DNA from: Ginglymostoma cirratum
Taxonomy: Eukaryota
Reading direction: 5' to 3'
Length of the DNA: 64,000 nucleotides
Assembly: GCA_024137785.1 (NCBI GenBank)
Contig: JAHRHZ010000031.1
Span: forward strand, 4,561,684 to 4,625,683
Program-made: the position numbers and the translations under genes
Shown here: piece after piece, positions 38,530 through 52,595 of the stretch
How positions within the stretch are numbered: position 1 is the stretch's first letter
Layout: each line of letters opens with the position of its first letter
The notes under the pieces: model-generated
Seen by the model: the letters and a program-made list of their open reading frames with translations, nothing else
The model's database searches: none
What the model was told of the DNA's origin: nothing

Positions 38530-39680
38530 GTATAGCATGCCACCTCTATGCTGAGCCTACAATAGGTTTCTACTTATTGGCTGCATCTCTGCCTTCAACA
38601 CTATAACCCTAACCAAACTAACCTTCAAACTCTGAGACCTAAGTCTCTGCTCTGCCCTCTGCAACTGCATTGTTGACTTACCAACCCACAGTCCACTATC
38701 AGTGAAGATAGGCAACAGCACCTCCTCCAGGACAATGTTCAACATCGGTGCCCCACAAGAATGCATACTCAGCCCCCTGCTGTACTCCCTATACACTCAT
38801 GACTACGTGGCCAAATTTCCTCCGAGCTCCATCTACCAGTTCACTGCCAACACCACCATTGTAGGCCGGATATCAAATGATGACTAGACAGAATACAGCA
38901 AAGAGAAACAATTCTTGATCACATACTGCATAGATAACAACCTCTCAATTAACATGATCTTTGACTTCAGGAAGTGAGGAGGAGGACACACCCCTATCTA
39001 CATCAATGGAGCTGAGGTGGAGATAGTCGAAAGCATCAAGTTCCTAGGAGAGATAATAACCAACAATCTGGCCTGGACCATCCACCTTGATGCGATGGTC
39101 AAAAGGCACAACAAAAGCCTCTTCTTCCTCAGGATGCTAAGAAAATGCCCATAAGGACCCTCACCAATGGTTACAGAGGCACCATAGGAAGCATTCTATC
39201 TGGAAGCATCGCGGCTTGGTACAGCAACTGCTCTGCAAAGGACAGTAAGAAACTACAGAAAGTTGTGAACACCATAACGCAAGCCAACCTTCCATCCATT
39301 AACTTCATCTACATTTCTTGTTGCTACGGAAGGGCAGCCAATATCATCAAAGATCCCTCCCACCCAGATTATAATCTCTTCCGACTTCTTCCGTCAGGTA
39401 GAAGATACAAAAGCTTAAACACACATACCAACAGGTTCAAGAACAGCTTCTTCCCTGCTGTTATTAGACGTCTGAATAAACCTCTCAAATTTCAAACCTA
39501 ATGTTGATCTTGTTTTTGGTACGCTTTCTCTGCAGTTGTAACTTTGTATTCCTCACTCTGTTCAATGACCCTATGATTGTAAGTCCTTGTACATTATCAT
39601 CCGCCTGTACTGCATGCAAAATAAAAGTTTCAACTGTACTTAGGTACATGTGACAGTAATAAATGAAATCAAATCTAATC
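38530..39680 (+). mobile_element. Rex1/Babar-clade LINE, 5'-truncated RT
   Basis: SAFNTI, GAPQECILSPLLYSLYTHD and DPSHPDYNLFRLLPSGRRY.SL.T.TNRFKNSFFPA (ORFs 38702, 39145); tail AATAAATGAAATCAAATCTAATCTAA. Confidence 0.88.
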
Positions 39681-39864
39681 TAACTTCTTGTCTAATTGTC
39701 AATGGTAGAGGATAGATCACTGGTGAGTCTTAACGCAAAGAGGTACTTGTCTTACAGAACAAGAGGTAGATTAATGCATGGTAGCAACACATACAAGTTA
39801 CACTAAATTGTTACGTATACTTATTTTACACTGTCAAGGTCTTTTATGGATTATTGTTGATGTG

Positions 39865-40099
39865 TGTTATATTTGGGTAGTTTCCCTTTAAGAGGTGAGT
39901 CAGGTGAACACTGGTGAGTCACAAGGGAGTGTCATCAGCTAGGTTTACTGGCTTGTTCAGATCTGTACTGAGCTGTTACAGACTGCACAACTTCAGAATA
40001 AAACCTTCTTGTTAGGTTGCAGAAATTGACATGTTTGTATGTTCTTTAGTTCTGATTAAAGCCCAGTAACTCCTCAGTGCAGACCAGGATTCAACTACA
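39865..40099 (+). mobile_element. Possible solo LTR
   Basis: TGT...ACA ends, internal AATAAA (~39997) and two TGAGTCA sites; no target-site duplication seen. Confidence 0.35.
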
Positions 40100-41162
40100 T
40101 CACTTCTGACCCAGTAAAGATCTCATGCAAAACTGCCTGATTCTATACACAAAAGGCAATGTGAGATCAGGTTGGCTGGAGCTTGATGCAACTTCACCAT
40201 TGACTCTTTCAGAAACTTTACACAAGAAACTTTAATACTGTTTCTGCAATCCAGTCTAAAAAAGATTTTTTTTAATTGTTATGTAGATAAAAGGAATGTT
40301 GTTGCAGAATTCCCATCTGTTTATGAGATTGCATATGGCCTAAATAAATCTATTATGAACAATTTAAGGTTATTAATTCCATTGTTTCCTTGTATTGCAT
40401 ACACATCTTGTTTCACCTGCATAAAATTTTATGCAGTATTATTAGATTAAATACAATGTGTTTGCATGTTACAAAGTGTAATGTAATTTCAGCATTTAAT
40501 TACATTATTTAAATGTTTATATCCTAATTTACATTGTTCCTTTGAAATTTGCCTTGGTATGATGAGCATACTGCTAACAAAATTCATTACATTTCCCAAT
40601 ATTCTGAATTAGGTGCATTTTTTGTGGTCTGCTTTGCACACTTGAGATTGGAAATACAGTACAGTAAATACCAAGGATTAAAAGTAATTAAATAATATAT
40701 TACCCCAAGGATGTGAACAGTTAGTTGTATAGTTTATTCAAAACTTTTAACAAGCAACTTCTAATGAAAGATCCTTACCAAGTAAATGAAGTCCCGCAAG
40801 ACTCTTTTTTGCTGTCTAGATGGATCTACGTGTAATGAGATTCTTGGATTGCATATGTTGAATGACGTTCTGAGAAAGTCCTACCCTATCGGAGGTGTTG
40901 ACCATATTATTCTTATCATATTTCCCTCATCATTTTATCTATTTTTGCCATTGTGAATTTGAAATATTGCATCATGTTTACCTTCTTGATCATTGTGCCT
41001 AAATTTAACGTTATTTTGCTTTATTTTGACATGGTAAATTTTCAAAAATCAAAATTTTATTTCATGAAGTGTCGATACAAATGTAAATCCCACAAGTTAA
41101 ACATTAAAGTGTATAAAGGGTCTAAGCAAGGTTCACTTAACACTATATTAAAATACTTCGGA

Positions 41163-41380
41163 ATGATGATTGTGAATCCATTGTCAATTGTCATAAAAAC
41201 CTATCTGGTTCACTAATGTCCTTTAGGGAAGGAAACTGCCATCCTTACCTGGTCTGGCCTACATGTGACTCCAGACCCACAGCAATTTGGTTGACTCTCA
41301 ACTGCCCTCTGGGCAATTAAGGATGAGCAATAAATGCTGCCCAGCCAGTGATGCTCTCATCCTGTGAATGAATAAAAAAA
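41163..41380 (+). mobile_element. tRNA-derived SINE, 5'-truncated
   Basis: High similarity to 56170-56370; A-rich end. Confidence 0.8.
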
Positions 41381-41799
41381 ATTAAAAAAACTTTGAGGAA
41401 GAGCTATCTGTCCACCATTGTTGACTGAAACTTTCTCTCTCGTATTGGTTGCCAGTGGGTTCCTAATTGATATATATACGCAGATTGTTATCTAATGACA
41501 CCAATCAAACCCTGACCTCATTTGAACTGGACATTGAGCAGGGAAAATGCTGCTACTTTCCAGCCAGGAGGTCTGAAGAATAAGCTGTGATGTGGAGATA
41601 GGTTTTTACCCATTATGAGGAGGAGCTGCCAGCAAACAATAAACCTGCTGCTAGCTCTATTTTGGTTCCCTCCTGCAATACACTTCCAGAACAATCTTCC
41701 TCACACCTATTTGCATTTTTGGTGGATCACCATTAGCTGCAAAATCTTCACTGCCAATGAGGCAACTGATTTCCTCCTTCATGTCCATATATAGCATGA

Positions 41800-42140
41800 G
41801 GTGGACTTTTCTCAAAAAACACGTGATGTGGGCTTTGGTGGCTATACCAGCATTTATTTCCGACTCCTGATTACCCTGTTAAGAGTCGAACCCATTGCTT
41901 CAGGTCTAGAGTCAAATGTAGTCCAGACCTGTAAGGATAGAAGATTTCCCTCCCTGAAGGACATTAGTGAAGCAGATGTATGCTTTTTTTTTAATGACAA
42001 TTGACAATTGTTACATGGTCACCAACTAAGCTAGTTTTTAATTCCAGATTTTTGTTCAAATACAATCTGCCATGGTGAGATTTGAAACCATGTCCCCTGA
42101 GCATTACAATGGGTTCTGGATTACTCATCTGGTGACATTT
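41800..42140 (-). mobile_element. tRNA-derived SINE (same family)
   Basis: Reverse complement is collinear with 35975-36300. Confidence 0.7.
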
Positions 42141-43029
42141 GCTTCCTCTCAATGACAGGGTCATTTTGGAGCTGATGGCCAAAAAATTTCCATGGCTTTT
42201 TGCTACTGCCAGATGTGTTAGAAACTAACCACTGGGAGTTATAAAGACACCAAACAATCTTGACTGTATATACAAGGAACAGAGGGACATTTGAACTTGA
42301 CGACTGACATGTTTTACAACCAATTGAGGCAAAAAAAAGGGAAGTATGGAGACTACAGCTGGCTGGAACCGCAATATTGGTGAAAACTTGGTGCAAGATG
42401 CCTGTGCTGCCAAGTAGTTTTCCAGACCTGTAGTTGGACTGTCTATTTCCAAACTGACATTGCTAATCAAGGCACAGCATAACTGAGAAAGTAACCAACT
42501 CTGCTGTTTGAGAACAGTCAGTATCACCTAAAACTGGTGAATGTGGAAAATCAGGTCAAGATTGATAGAGAGGAAAAGGAAGAGGTGGAGGTGGCAAAGC
42601 TGAATGCAGAAGGCCCCAGTTTTGTCTATGGACAGCATCACCTGGGAAAATGTCACCTTAAGCCAGCAGTACCTGGAAGCCCGTCAGCCACTCACCTTCC
42701 CTTAGCCACTCACTCTCTCCGGCCTGCTCACCAAACCTCGGGGATCAGCACCAGAACCAGATGGTGGGCTGACCTGAGAGGTCAGAAATGACAATAGCAA
42801 GGTAACCTCAAGGGCAATAGCCCAGAGGGCAAACCAGAGAAAGCCTTGGGAAGCTGTGGGGATTGATGGTGATACTGGTAGGGAGTGGATCCCAGCTCGA
42901 GGAAGCTGGAGAGATCAGCCAGTGAGGCTGAGAACCTCAGGAAAATTAGAAAGAGCACGGAGTCTGAGGAATCTGGATAAAGAAGCCAGGTGATGTATGT
43001 TTTGCCTCCTGCAGGATATTATCCTTTCT

Positions 43030-43235
43030 GCCTGTGAGGTGGTAGAGGCAGAAACTCTTAAAACATCTAAGAATTATTTAGATGTACTTTTGTGATGCTA
43101 AAGCATTCAAGGTAATAGAGCAAGTGCTTAAAAATACGATTAGAATAGTTAGGTGCTTGTTTTTGACCAGCACAGATTCAATGGGCTGAAGAGTATTTTT
43201 ATGTCCTGTAGGCCTCTTTGACTCTAAGACTCTAT
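43030..43235 (+). mobile_element. CR1 3' tail
   Basis: GTGGTAGAGGCAG...ATGGGCTGAAG...(TGACTCTA) end. Confidence 0.65.
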
Positions 43236-44004
43236 TTTATGTGATGAGCTGGGAGTCGCATTTAACTGCCTTTTAACTTATATACTTTTAAGGAGAGTTA
43301 GAGAAAAGTAGAGTTTTCAGTTCATAGTTGTTTGTTCTGCTTGTTTTGCAACTCCAGACTTTATTTTTAAATAAAAACACTCTTAAAAATCTCATTATCT
43401 TGAAAGAACTTAGATTTTAATCAAAAATAAATTTACTCGATGTTCTGACTTGTCAACGTCAAATCTATAGGTCAGTACAGCTGTCTGTACTCGTAGAATC
43501 AGATACTGCTGATTGTCTGACCTCGCCAATATCAAGAGCTGATGTTCAGCTGGACTTCAATTAGTTTTCCAAATGTCTATCACTGAGACCTTGGATTTTT
43601 TTGAATAAATAGCCACCATTTCTAACCATGATGTGTGTTTTGCCTCTAAGATGATATTTTCACCTGATGCAGAAACAACTACATTAACTCATCAAACATA
43701 TGAAACTAAGACGTGGATAACATGGTATCAAAAAATCCAACAGCCAATTATTACAACTCACAAAGCTGCAAAAAAATTTGTATTCACATTAGACATCAGG
43801 GTCTGGGCTCACATTATGCTAGTTGGTTACAAAGAGCAGCTTGCTTCCATCAGTGTGTCATGTTTCAAGTGATCTGAATTAAGTTGGCATTGGAGATCTT
43901 TATGCTGTGAAGTCACATGCTACATTGCAATGCTTCAATGAATATATAGTTTACAGGTTTATTGACATACTGTAACTATTTCAGGTATACTGACATATTG
44001 ACTT

Positions 44005-44320
44005 TGACACATAATACAACCCAGGACCCCTAAAGAAGTGCAAGGAGATATTGGAGACTGATGTCAAGAGTTTAGGGAAGGGTGGAGCCCAGTGTTGGGA
44101 AGCCTGGGTAAACAAGGCTGGGAAGATGGAATGAGGGAGACACAGGGAGTAGGATCAAAATCCTGGGAAGCTGGGTGAGAAGCCAGGAGAATGGGTAATG
44201 AAACAGCAAAAATGTGGGCTGTAGTGAGCAAGCAGACAGACTTGGAGAAAGGCAGTTGAAAGGAAGACAGAGAGACAGAGAGAACACAGTGAGAAGGACT
44301 CATGGCCTCGTGATCATAAC
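44005..44320 (-). mobile_element. LTR-like fragment
   Basis: Minus strand begins TGTTATGATC with sharply different composition; other end and TSD unclear. Confidence 0.3.
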
Positions 44321-45074
44321 ACCGGGCCCAATTAAAAGTTGATTTCAAAATTTGTCTTCAGACACTGACTTCTACCGACGAAACAAAGGCGACAAAAGCT
44401 GCAGAAACATTTCCTCATTCCTAAACCTGGAACCTGAATGGTTAGTTGTGCCTTTGGCACTTGTTGTTGACCCTGTCTCCGCAGCATTCAATCAGGATCT
44501 GCAAGAAACTGACCATTTACAATGTGGCTGCTTCTGGAGGAAGACAATGAGCAATTTCAGTCTGCAATTGACAATCCACAGAACTCAGCATGTAGGTAGT
44601 TATTGAGCATGTTCAGCAAATGTTTTTATTTTCCTGTATTTTCTTTGCAGAAATTTGGAGTGAAGGCAACTGAGAGTAGTTAATTCAGGAAACAGTTACC
44701 CTTCTGCCTTTTTTGATTTCCTCATGCTCAATTGAGATTGTTCTGCAATTCTATTGGGTTTTTTTTCACTGTCCTGGATAAATTCAGTGGAACCTCACTC
44801 AATTTTTTGCTTCTCTCTTCTCACCACTTTGTTTAATCTACAGTCACCACACATAAGGTCGAAGTGAAGACAATGTGGTGGAGGCAGTTAAGAAAGTGAA
44901 AACCTGCATCTCCAATAAAACACAAGATTTCAACACGTAACAACGCTTTCTGGAGATCAATTGGAATGGATGTAAAGTTTGTGAAGCAAGTGTTTATTTG
45001 TATGATATATGTAACAATTAATTTAATCAGTTATATATTTAATTTTAATTGTGTTTTCCAATCAAGATTTAGAA

Positions 45075-47565
45075 CATAGAACATAGAACATTACGGCGCA
45101 GTACAGGCCCTTCGGCCCTCGATGTTGCGCCAACCTGTGAAACCAATCTGAAGCCCATCTAACCTACACTATTCCATTATCATCCATATGTTTATCCAAT
45201 GACAACTTAAATGTCCTTAAAGTTGGCAAGTCTACAACTGCTGCAGGCAAGGCATTCCATGCCCTTACTTCTCTCTGAGTAAAGAATCTACCTCTGACAT
45301 CTGTCCTATATCTATCACCCCTCAATTTAAAGCTGTGCACCTTCGTGCTAGCCGTCACCATCTGAGGAAAAAGGCTCTCACTGTCCACCCTATCCAATCC
45401 TCTGATCATCTTGTATGTCTCTATTAAGTCACCTCTTAACCTCCTTCTCTCTAACGAAAACAGCCTCAAATCCCTCAGCTTTTCCTCATAAGACCTTCCC
45501 TCCATACCAGGCAACATCCTGGTAAATCTCCTCGGCACTCCTCCGCACATTCCTATAATGTGGTGACCAGAACTGTATGCAATACTCCAAGTGTGGCCGC
45601 ACCAGAGTTTTGTACAGCTGCAACATGACCTCACGGCTCCGAAATTCAATCCCTCTACCAATAAAACATAACACACCGTACGCCTTCTTAACAACCCTAT
45701 CAACCTGGGTGGCAACTTTCAGGGATCTATGTACATGGACACCAATATCTCTCTGCTCGTCCACACTACCAAGAATCTTACCATTAGCCCAGTATTCTGT
45801 ATTCCTTCCCTGTTACTCCTTCCAAAGTGAATCATCTCACACTTTTCCACATTAAACTCCATTTGCCACCTCTCAGCCCAGCTCTGCAGCTTATCTATGT
45901 CCCTCTGTAACCTTCAACATCCTTCCGCACTATCCACAGCTCCACCGACTTTAGTGTCATCCGCAAATTTACTAACCCATCCTTCTACACCCTCATCCAG
46001 GTCATTTATAAAAATGACAAACAGCAGGGGCACCAAAACAGATCCTTGCGATACACCACTAGTAACTGAACTCCAGGATAAACATTTCCCATCAACCACC
46101 ACCCTCTGTCTTCTTACAGCTAGCCAATTTCTGATCCAAACCACTAAATCACTCAATCCCATGCCTCTGAATTTTCTGCAATAGCCTACTGTGGGAAACC
46201 TTATCAAATGCTTTACTGAAATTCATATACACCACATCAACCGCTTTACCCTCATCCACCTGTTTAGTTACCTTCTCAAAGAACTCAATAAGGTTTGTGA
46301 GGCACGACCTACCCTTCACAAAACCATGTTGACTATCCCTAATCAAATTATTCCTTTCTAGATGATTATAAATCCTATTTCTTATAATCCTTTCCAACAC
46401 TTTACCCACAACCAAAGTAAGGCTCACTGGTCTATAATTACTAGGGTTGTCTCTACTCCCCTTCTTGAACAAGGGGACAACATTTGCTATCCTCCAGTCT
46501 TCTGGCACTATTCCTGTAGACAATGACGACATAAAGATCAAAGCCAAAGGCTCTGCAATCTCCTCCCCAGCTTCCCAGAGAATCCTAGGATAGATCCCAT
46601 CCAGCCCAGGGGACTTATCTATTCTCACACTTTCCAGAATTGCTAACACCTCCTCCTTATGAACCTCAATCCCGTCTAGTCTAATAGCCTGTATCTCAGT
46701 ATTCTCCTCGACAACATTGTCTTTTTCATGTGTGAATACTGATGAAAAATACTCATTTAGCGCCTCTCCTATCTCTTCGGGCTCCACGCACAACTTCCCA
46801 CTACTGTACTTGACTCGCCCTAATCTTACTCTAGTCATTCTTTTATTGCTGACATACCTATAGAAAGCTTCAGGGTTTTCTTTGACCCTACCTGCCAAAG
46901 ACTTCTCATGTCCCCTCCTGGCTCTTCTTAGCTCTCTCTTTAGGACCTTCCTGGCTAACTTGTAACTCTCAAGCACCCTAACTGACCCTTCACACCTCAT
47001 CTTTACTTAAGCCTCCTTCTTCCTCTTGACAATAGATTCAACTTCTTTAGTAAACCACGGTTCCCTCGTTCGACCACTTCCTCCCTGCCTGACAGGTACA
47101 TACTTATCAAGGACACGCAGTAGCTGTTCCTTGAACAAGCTCCACATTTCAGTTGTGCCCAGCCCCTGCAGTTTCCTTCCCCATCCTATGAATCCTAAGT
47201 CTTGCCTAACCGCCTCATAATTGCCTTTTCCCCAGCTATAACTCTTGCCCTGCGGTATATACCTATCCCTTCCCATCGCTAAAGTAAACGTAACCGATTG
47301 TGGTCACTATCAGCAAAGGGCTCACCTACCTCCAAATCTAACACCTGGCCTGGTTCATTACCCAGTACCAAATCCAATGTGGCATCGCCTCTTGTTGGCT
47401 TATCTACATACTGTGTCAGGAAACCCTCCTGCACACATTGGACAAAAACTGACCCATCTAAATTACTTGAACTATAGCGTTTCCAGTCAATATTTGGAAA
47501 GTTAAAGTACCCCATAACAACTACCCTGTTACTTTCGCTCCTATCCAGAATCATCTTTGCTATCC
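45075..47565 (-). mobile_element. Relatively young 5'-truncated CR1 (HER1-like) LINE, ORF2 APE end plus complete RT, frameshifted
   Basis: MGYFNFPNIDW, PTRGDATLDLVL, SDHN; [29 protein letters not shown]; [14 protein letters not shown]. (ATGTTCT)3 tail. TTTAGAA flanks both sides (45068-45074, 47566-47572) as a candidate TSD. Confidence 0.97.
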
Positions 47566-48329
47566 TTTAGAATTTACATTTACCATGTTTCTTTCATTTT
47601 CTTAATTAGTTTTTTTTTTCAGGATTCCACACATCACTCTGATACAAGCCCTAAGTTTGTTCTGGATGTGTTCACTGATAGGTTTTTTTTTAATAAGCCG
47701 TGTTCACCTGGGAAGAAAGAAAAAGTAAGAAGTGATTTTTTTTTGGCTGGGAGAAGTCAGCCAGTGATGGAAAGTTTGCACTAGTAATAGTTGATTATTG
47801 ATATGAAATTGCAACTGGGAGAAACTGGATCTGTTTGTCAACTGGAATTAACTACTTCCCCTGATGTCACATATTGGTTGGCAAGTGTTTCAACTCTTGC
47901 CTTTGGATACTGTCTTTCAAAATTTTATTGATAAACTGAGTGTTTGAAGATGGAGACTTCCTGCTGTATTTCTCAATCTTCATGCCTATTTTAAGCTCCT
48001 ATGTTACTTAGAAATTAGTTCCACGTGACACAATAGCACCAAAATATCCTGAAGCCAACCTTCAGCCAGTTGGCTTTCAATGTTCAAATAAATTGTGATT
48101 AGTCTTTGGATTATACAAGCCTTGAAATATTTAGGCAGGGTTATTTATACAGCACTTTAGCTGGTGTCTCTATTGACTAGCCACTGGAATATTTGGGCAG
48201 AATTTAATGCTGCCTGAGGCAACACGAAAAGAGACCGATTGAGTAGAATAGAAAAGAATATTGAGAAGAAAAGGAAATTCTGATTTCCATAAACTGTGAT
48301 AAATGTGCTAATAGTGGCACTTTGGAAGT

Positions 48330-48705
48330 GTACAAAAGGCATATTGCTATTCAGAAGAGATGTATAGGAGGTGTACAAGGTTACCAGCAGGCCAGGTAAG
48401 ATAGGTAAGGAAATGTTTCTCCCTTACAGACTGTTCAAAAGCAAAAGGACATGGATTTCAGATTTTGGTAAGAGGTATAGTGGGAATGGGAGGAAGAACA
48501 TTATTATGCAGTGAGTCACTGCCCATTAGGGTGGTAAATCTGGAAACAATGTTTTTAGAGGAAAATTGAATGGCCATTTTAAGGAAATAACCTTGTAGAG
48601 CTATACGGAATGAACCAGGAAGTGGGACCGACTGGATAGATCCACTGGGAGCCAGTATGTACTTGATGTGCCGAATGTCTTCTTTCTAAACCATATGTGA
48701 CTCTA
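48330..48705 (+). mobile_element. Degraded CR1 3' end
   Basis: RRDV*EVYK..., KGHGF.I pattern and TGTGACTCTA end. Confidence 0.6.
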
Positions 48706-49639
48706 CAGGCAATGTTGCAAACAGGTTGGACTTGTAAAATGCATAGAATGGCCTATCCAACATTTACCAACCCACCTAAGCTGCCTGCCATTTACAGGGG
48801 TAGTGGAAGCACCAGGTGGTCATTTGCCCTTTGACTTGTAGAGGTTAATTAATTGCTAATTAATGTCTAATCCCATCCCCACTGGTCTTTTACCCACTGT
48901 GAGCAAGTCCAAGGTAGGTAGGTAGTCCAATAGCTTTTGCTGCATGGGCTAGTTTCAGGGAATGGGATCACCTTCAAAGGTCTCCTCTACCCATCAGAGC
49001 CAATCCAAACTAGCTCATATCTCTCACCTCCACAAACCTCTTTAACCCAGACCCCACCTCTTTTTCTGAGGACTACTAGCCAGGTTCAGCCAATTACCTA
49101 GACTTACCTTCAGCCTAGGGACCATTTGTTCTTCTTTTTCAGGTTCTGCCTATAATCTAGGCAGTGACCACCACTCGAACCTGGGACTACAGAGTTGCCA
49201 GCCAGTCAAATTATCTCATAGCATCTGGTTAATCATGAGCAAGGATTTTTATGTCGTTTGATGCCACAGAATGAATTTGGCCTCTTTACAGACTGGTTGA
49301 GGACAAGGCAAAACCAATGACTGCCTCCAGGCTCAAATTTCATTGTAACACTATCTATTATACTTTTATATTTAATCCAACTGTACATGATAATCATGGG
49401 TAGACCACTCTCTGGTTTATAATTACTGTAGTTAAGGATGAATCTCTCTGTTTGTTTATGTCCACGTGTTCTCAAGATTCTCTCTCATTCTGATGTGTTA
49501 CTGTCTTGCAGTGTTCTTTCAGAGTGTTCTAACTCTGTTCACCCTGTGCATTTATGCTCAGTGACCTGCAGCTTTGTGACATTATCACAACGTTGTTCCA
49601 GGGTACTATCGCCCTTATACACCAAATACATCCTTTGAA

Positions 49640-52000
49640 TTACCACTTCCCACTTTCAACCAGCTAGTCAACCAGTAATCCTCCATGTGAAACAACACAT
49701 GGAAGAACAACTGAAGATAGTAAACTATTCTAATTGGGAGATTCAAATGTCCATCACAAAGAGTGGCCTGCTGACCATTTCCTGAAGAATATTGTTGCAA
49801 GGAAGGACTTATAATTGATGGCAAGAGGCATAACACAGGTGAAAAACTACTTGGAACTCACACTCATCAATCTATCACAAATGGATCTGGCCACGACAAT
49901 ATAGGTCTGGAGACAAATTATCTTATTCATACTGAGGATATCCTCCATAATGTTATGTAGTACAAATGCCTGAATAAATAGTAAAAACTCAGAGAATATG
50001 TAACAATGCAAAACTGGGCAACCTTAAGGTACTGTGGACAAGCAACCATCTGAAAGCAACCAATATATGCAACCTCATGGCCCAACATATTCCTGAGTTT
50101 ACCATCACCATCAAGCCAGAGGAAAATCTGGTTCAATGAAGAGTGTCAGAGAACATGCAAAGAGTATCACCAGGCACAATTGAAAATGAGGTAAATGAAG
50201 TAAATGGTGATGCTACAACACGGAAACACATGTATTCTAAATAACCAAAGCAGTTTATTTTCATGCTGAGCAGTTCCATAGCCAATGAATCAGATCAAAG
50301 TTCTGCAGAACTGTCACACATAGGTTGTTAATGGTGGTAGACTTTTAAATATCTAAAGGGAAAAGACTCCATGAACAAATTCTTCCGAATAATATCTGAA
50401 TCCAGCATGTCAATGCAATGGACAAGGCAGAAACGTGCTACCACCATCAGCCAGATGTTCCAAATCAATGCTTCATCTCAGCCTCTTCTAAAGTCCCATC
50501 ATCGTGGATGCTCGTCTTCGGTTAATTTGATTGAGGCTACATGATATCAATCAGTTTCTAAGCAGACTGGCAAAGGCTTCAGTCCCTGATAACATCCCAG
50601 CTGTAGTCAACATTTGTTTTCCAGAACCTGATGTGCCTCTCGTTGCACTTTTCCAGTACAGCTATAATAATGATGTCACCGATCCTAAAAGAAAATTGCT
50701 CATTGATGTCTAGTCCAAAAGAAACAGGACAATTGTACTCTGGTCAGCTACTTCTGAACAGTCTATGCACAATCATAAATAAAGTGATGGAAGATGTCAT
50801 TGACAAAACTATATGGCTGATGTTACTCAACAATAGCTTGCTCTATTCTCACTCAGCTCCACACCTCATTAGAACCTTTAACAAGAGGAGCTAAATTCTA
50901 GAGGTGATGAGAGAGGAATTGCCTTTGATATCAAGGCAGCATTTGACCAGAGAGTGGCACTGGCAAAATTGAAATCAATGGAAAGCATGGGGTATGGTTC
51001 ATAGGAGGAGTCATACATACCAGAAAGAAAAATGATTGTCATTGTTGGAGGCCAATCATCTCAAACCCAGAATATCATTGCAAGATATTCCTCATCATTT
51101 TCCTAGTTCTAAGTCCTTTCGGTTGTTTCAGCACAAGATTAGAGCTGGGGGCATTCTCTGCAGAGTAGTCATCTTGCTTACTTAATGACTTAAGAAAAGA
51201 AACGGCAGAATAAGCTGGAAAACATCCATTTGGTTTGTTATGTAATCTAGTTTTTCAGTAATGCAAGTGGCAATAAGTATCTCCAACAAGGAGCAGTCTG
51301 ACTCACTTCCTTCTTCTTACACTTGTAATTCAATGATATTACCACCATCAATTTCCCCCACTATCAATGTTCTGGCTGATAGTACTGGTCAGAAATTTAA
51401 CGGAATGAAAAATAAATCCTATGGCTGCAAGAACAATTCAGAGCTGGAGAATTCTGGGGAGTCAGGAATAAGTAAGTTACTCACTGCAAAGTCTTTCCAC
51501 CACATACAAGGTAAAAGTCAGGAGTTGGTGGAATATTTTCCATTTGCCCTAACCACTGTCAAGCAGTTCAATACCACCTCGGACAAAGCAGACTAGTTGA
51601 TTGGTATGTCATCACCACCTTAGACATTCACTCGTTCTATCAGTGATGCACATTAGCAGCAGTGTCTTTATTTATGAGAGGTACTGCAATATCTCATCAA
51701 GACTTCTTTGATTGCACTTTCCAAAGCCAGGACTTCTACCTTTTAGACAATGAAAGACAGCAGAAGCATGGGAACACTGCTATGGACAAGTTAACATACC
51801 ATCCTGATTTGCAATTGTATTGCAACTCCTACAGTGTCACTGAGAATCCTGGTTCTCCTTACTCAAAAGCAATTTAGGATGATCTCCACTACAAGAACTC
51901 AAGCAGTCCAAGAAGGCTACCACCTTCTTTAGAGCAAATAGAGTTTGGCATAGAATTCTGGCTTTACCAGCAACACCCACATCCTCTGAAAGACTAAAAA
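49640..52000 (+). mobile_element. Long degraded LINE (APE plus RT; CR1/L2 group)
   Basis: Traces of ILIG.DFNVHH (~49727), PDNIPAVV (~50584) and AFDIKAAFD..WH (~50921); tail CACCCACATCCTCTGAAAGACTAAAAA. Confidence 0.75.
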
Positions 52001-52062
52001 CAAGGCATAATGCCCAACTCTCTCAAGACCTCAAAAATGTTAAAATTTCTTCACTCCAATTA

Positions 52063-52595
52063 TAGAGTCATAGAGCCAGACAGCACAGAAACAACTCATC
52101 TGGACCAATCTGATATCTCAATCTGACTCAGTCCCATTTGTCAGCATTTGAACTGTATCCCTCTAAAACATCCCTACTCATATATCCACATAGATGTCTT
52201 ATAAATGTTGTAATTGCACTGACCTGAACCACTTCTTCCGGTGTGTCATTCCATACATGCATCAACCTCTGTGTGAAAAAATTGCCCCTCAGATCCTTTT
52301 TAAATCTTTCCCGTCTCACCTTAAACCTATTCCCTCTCGTTCTGGAATCCCCTATCCTGGGAATATGCCTCCCATGATTTTACTATAAGGTCACTCCTCA
52401 GCCTCTGACACTCCAGGGAGCCTCAGCCAATTCAGTCTCTCCCTATAACTCAAACCTTCCAGTCCTGGCAACATCCTTGTAAATCTTTTCTGCATCCTCT
52501 TAAGTTTAACAATATCCTTCCTATAGAACGGCAACCATAATTGTATGCAATATTTGAAAAGTGGCATCACCAATGTGCTGTACAGATGCAACATG
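52063..52595 (-). mobile_element. CR1 LINE 3' fragment
   Basis: ORFs 52128-52594 (YCIQLW.P.YRKD..KL.R.QKRFTRMLPGLEGLSY.ERL; NFFTQR...VWN). Confidence 0.9.

Noticed and set aside
44352-44680. Possible exon after ccctgtctccgcag and acceptor ttttctttgcag
   Set aside because: Weak donors, unrecognised peptide and an early stop after the second acceptor.
49100-49115. Minus-strand AAG|GTAAGT donor
   Set aside because: Lies in a probable old repeat, has no pyrimidine tract and no open exon upstream.
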